DNA of 29,971 bases from Fibrobacteria bacterium. GTDB taxonomy: Bacteria > Fibrobacterota > Fibrobacteria > UBA11236. Where the stretch lies: contig JAYTHY010000080.1 of assembly GCA_043732185.1 (NCBI GenBank), positions 1 through 29,971 on the forward strand, read 5' to 3'. Below, in pieces: positions 28,317 to 29,971 of the stretch. The translations under genes were made by a program, and so were the position numbers. The notes below the pieces were generated by a model that was not told where the DNA came from, made no database searches, and saw only the letters and a program-made list of their open reading frames with translations. Every line of letters begins with the position of its first letter. Position 1 is the stretch's first letter.

Positions 28317-28637
28317 ATGGAGAAAAACTCCAAGCTTATTCGACTTGTAGCAGTTGGAATTATGGGCATTCTGGTAATAGCCGTCATCCTGTATTGGCTT
28401 AAAAGGGACCGTCGACCCGGCTTAGAAGAAGCCAGCAAGAAATTCAAGGAAATCTATCCCAATGTGAAAATCTTGGGTGTGGAAATCGGTGAAGATGAAA
28501 TCTTTGTTCGCAGTTTTATTTTTCGGTATTTGAAAACCGGGCAGGAAATAGGCAAAACCATTGAAGTTCAGTTTATGAATGACACGACATCGGGAGGTTG
28601 GATTCCTACCCCAGCGCCACCGCTGGAACTGAAATAA
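28317..28637 (+). CDS. Hypothetical protein with a single N-terminal TM anchor
   Basis: SD GAGGT; hydrophobic LVAVGIMGILVIAVILYWL followed by a small soluble domain. Confidence 0.7.
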   Translation: MEKNSKLIRLVAVGIMGILVIAVILYWLKRDRRPGLEEASKKFKEIYPNVKILGVEIGEDEIFVRSFIFRYLKTGQEIGKTIEVQFMNDTTSGGWIPTPAPPLELK

Positions 28638-28726
28638 ACTGCTCCGTCATTGTCGCTTGGACGTGAAGCCGTTTAAAGCCACCGTTCACTTGATGGAAAA
28701 ACTACTCACTGACAAAGGACCGGATC

Positions 28727-29224
28727 ATGTCTGAAATAAAACCCTTTACCGTATCTAGAATTTTCAATGCACCACGTGCGCTGGTGTACAAGGTGAATAC
28801 CGAAAGTGAACATTTGGCCAAGTGGATGGGGCCGGCCGGTGCCGAGGTCATTAAAACCGTTATGCGAATTGAAGTGGGCGGCATACACCATTACGGACTA
28901 CAACTTTCGGACGGATCGCAGATGTGGGGCAAACAGGTTTATCTTGAAATTGTGCCTTTGATGCGCATCGTGCACATCCAGTCTTTCTCGGATAAAGATG
29001 GTGGCCTAACTCGCCATCCAATGGCGTCAACTTGGCCGCTGGAAATGCTGTCAACGACGACTTTTTCCGATGATGGTTCAAAAACCATCATGACCGTGAG
29101 CTGGGTCCCTTACAATTCTGATGCTGCAAGCATCGCCACTTTTGATGGTGCACGTGATGGTATGACCGGCGGCTTTAAAGGCATGATGGACACCTTGGAA
29201 ACTTATTTGGAGAGCTTAAAATGA
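28727..29224 (+). CDS. SRPBCC/AHSA1-like domain protein
   Basis: RIFNAPRALVY..T..EHLAKWMGP, GG.HHY, YLEIVP..RIV and a C-terminal helix; SD AAGGA. Confidence 0.9.
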   Translation: MSEIKPFTVSRIFNAPRALVYKVNTESEHLAKWMGPAGAEVIKTVMRIEVGGIHHYGLQLSDGSQMWGKQVYLEIVPLMRIVHIQSFSDKDGGLTRHPMASTWPLEMLSTTTFSDDGSKTIMTVSWVPYNSDAASIATFDGARDGMTGGFKGMMDTLETYLESLK

Positions 29225-29389
29225 AAACGTAAGTGGAATATCCATTCGATATGGAAATGAAGTTCATCCGTATTCTGGCGACTCCCCGGACATCATTTCA
29301 CTATGCAACGCCCCGAAAATCTTCTAGCCCAGGATTCGGAAAACGATTAGGCAAGAATTCGATTTACCCTGGGTACTGCAGTCTTTCCA

Positions 29390-29971
29390 CTATTTTAATG
29401 CATCGGCAAAATAGCGGATGGAATAAACGCCCCGGTTGAGCTCTGCAGGAGAAGGGATTTCGGCCCGCACCAAATTTTGATCGCGGTGGTAGGACCAAAC
29501 CTTCACCCCGGAAGTGCTATACATTTCCACCCGGCGAATTCCTTCGGGTATTACCAAGGTGCTGGACGGGCTCATGTAGGCAAGCAAAGGTCTTTCGGAA
29601 ACGAGGCCTGTACGGGCTATTGGCTCACGGACGGCAACAGGGGGGGGATTGCAAGGACCTTTATAGGATACCTTGTATATCTTGTCGCCGGTTCCGGGTG
29701 TGAAAAATCCTCCTCCGTTGGAAATGGAATACAAGGCTCCGTCAGGCCCACGTTTCATTCTGAGCACTTTTTCACCGAGACGACTGCTGAAAATTCTGCT
29801 GACTTCACTCAGGACTCCAGTCGGGCTCATCTTGCCTACCCAGAAATAGGGGTTAGGCCCCCATCCTGCAAACAGAATCACTTTGTCATCGAAATACGGC
29901 GGAAATTTTGCATCAGATTTAAGTGTGGAGTCAAAGCGCATGAAAGGACCTGCCCCCGGTACGCATCCTTC
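29390..29971 (-). CDS. C-terminal part of a probable secreted glucose/sorbosone (PQQ-dependent sugar) dehydrogenase-like protein, 5'-truncated
   Basis: Frame is open to the window edge (EGCVPGAGPFMRFD). KFPPYFD and MKRGPDGALY..GG...IYKVSYKGPC resemble the propeller end; followed by a Pro linker and a sorting-like tail (VEMYSTSGVKVW...GVYSIRY). Confidence 0.65.
   Translation of the reverse strand, partial: EGCVPGAGPFMRFDSTLKSDAKFPPYFDDKVILFAGWGPNPYFWVGKMSPTGVLSEVSRIFSSRLGEKVLRMKRGPDGALYSISNGGGFFTPGTGDKIYKVSYKGPCNPPPVAVREPIARTGLVSERPLLAYMSPSSTLVIPEGIRRVEMYSTSGVKVWSYHRDQNLVRAEIPSPAELNRGVYSIRYFADALK

Noticed and set aside
29233..29439. 68-aa plus-strand ORF after the SRPBCC gene
   Set aside because: No SD or motif, and it overlaps the convergent gene's 3' end.
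1..29971. CRISPR arrays, tRNA/rRNA genes, transposases, integrases, defence systems
   Set aside because: No spaced direct repeats, RNA-gene signatures or relevant protein motifs were seen by eye.

Overview
Bacterial chromosomal window, gene-dense, with no rRNA, tRNA, CRISPR array or mobile element that I can support. From left to right it holds: (1) a minus-strand reading frame at 480..<1 broken by two in-frame stops, and an orphan sugar-binding protein; (2) a TMEM165/GDT1 transporter; (3) a tight minus-strand string of nifJ (PFOR), DHOD-like flavoprotein, radical SAM/SPASM, an 85-aa ORF and a DTW-domain gene; (4) a K+-independent membrane pyrophosphatase (hppA) divergent from a histidine kinase and sigma54 activator pair, followed by a porin-like gene and a CMD-family gene; (5) an etfB-etfA-fadF-fadN-fadE beta-oxidation operon with no thiolase; (6) an arsR-arsM-acr3-arsC operon; (7) a PEP-CTERM gene, a small membrane protein, an SRPBCC protein and a truncated probable sugar dehydrogenase. 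The most interesting unannotated signal is regulatory. Four GG-N10-GC sigma54-type promoters lie about 38-50 nt upstream of nifJ, hppA, the porin and the PEP-CTERM gene. A 14-bp (G/C)ATG-N6-CAT(C/G) dyad recurs upstream of nifJ, hppA and the porin. This suggests a local sigma54 regulon linking PPi-driven proton pumping, a porin and PFOR (inference). All family assignments come from motif recognition by eye; no database searches were run.
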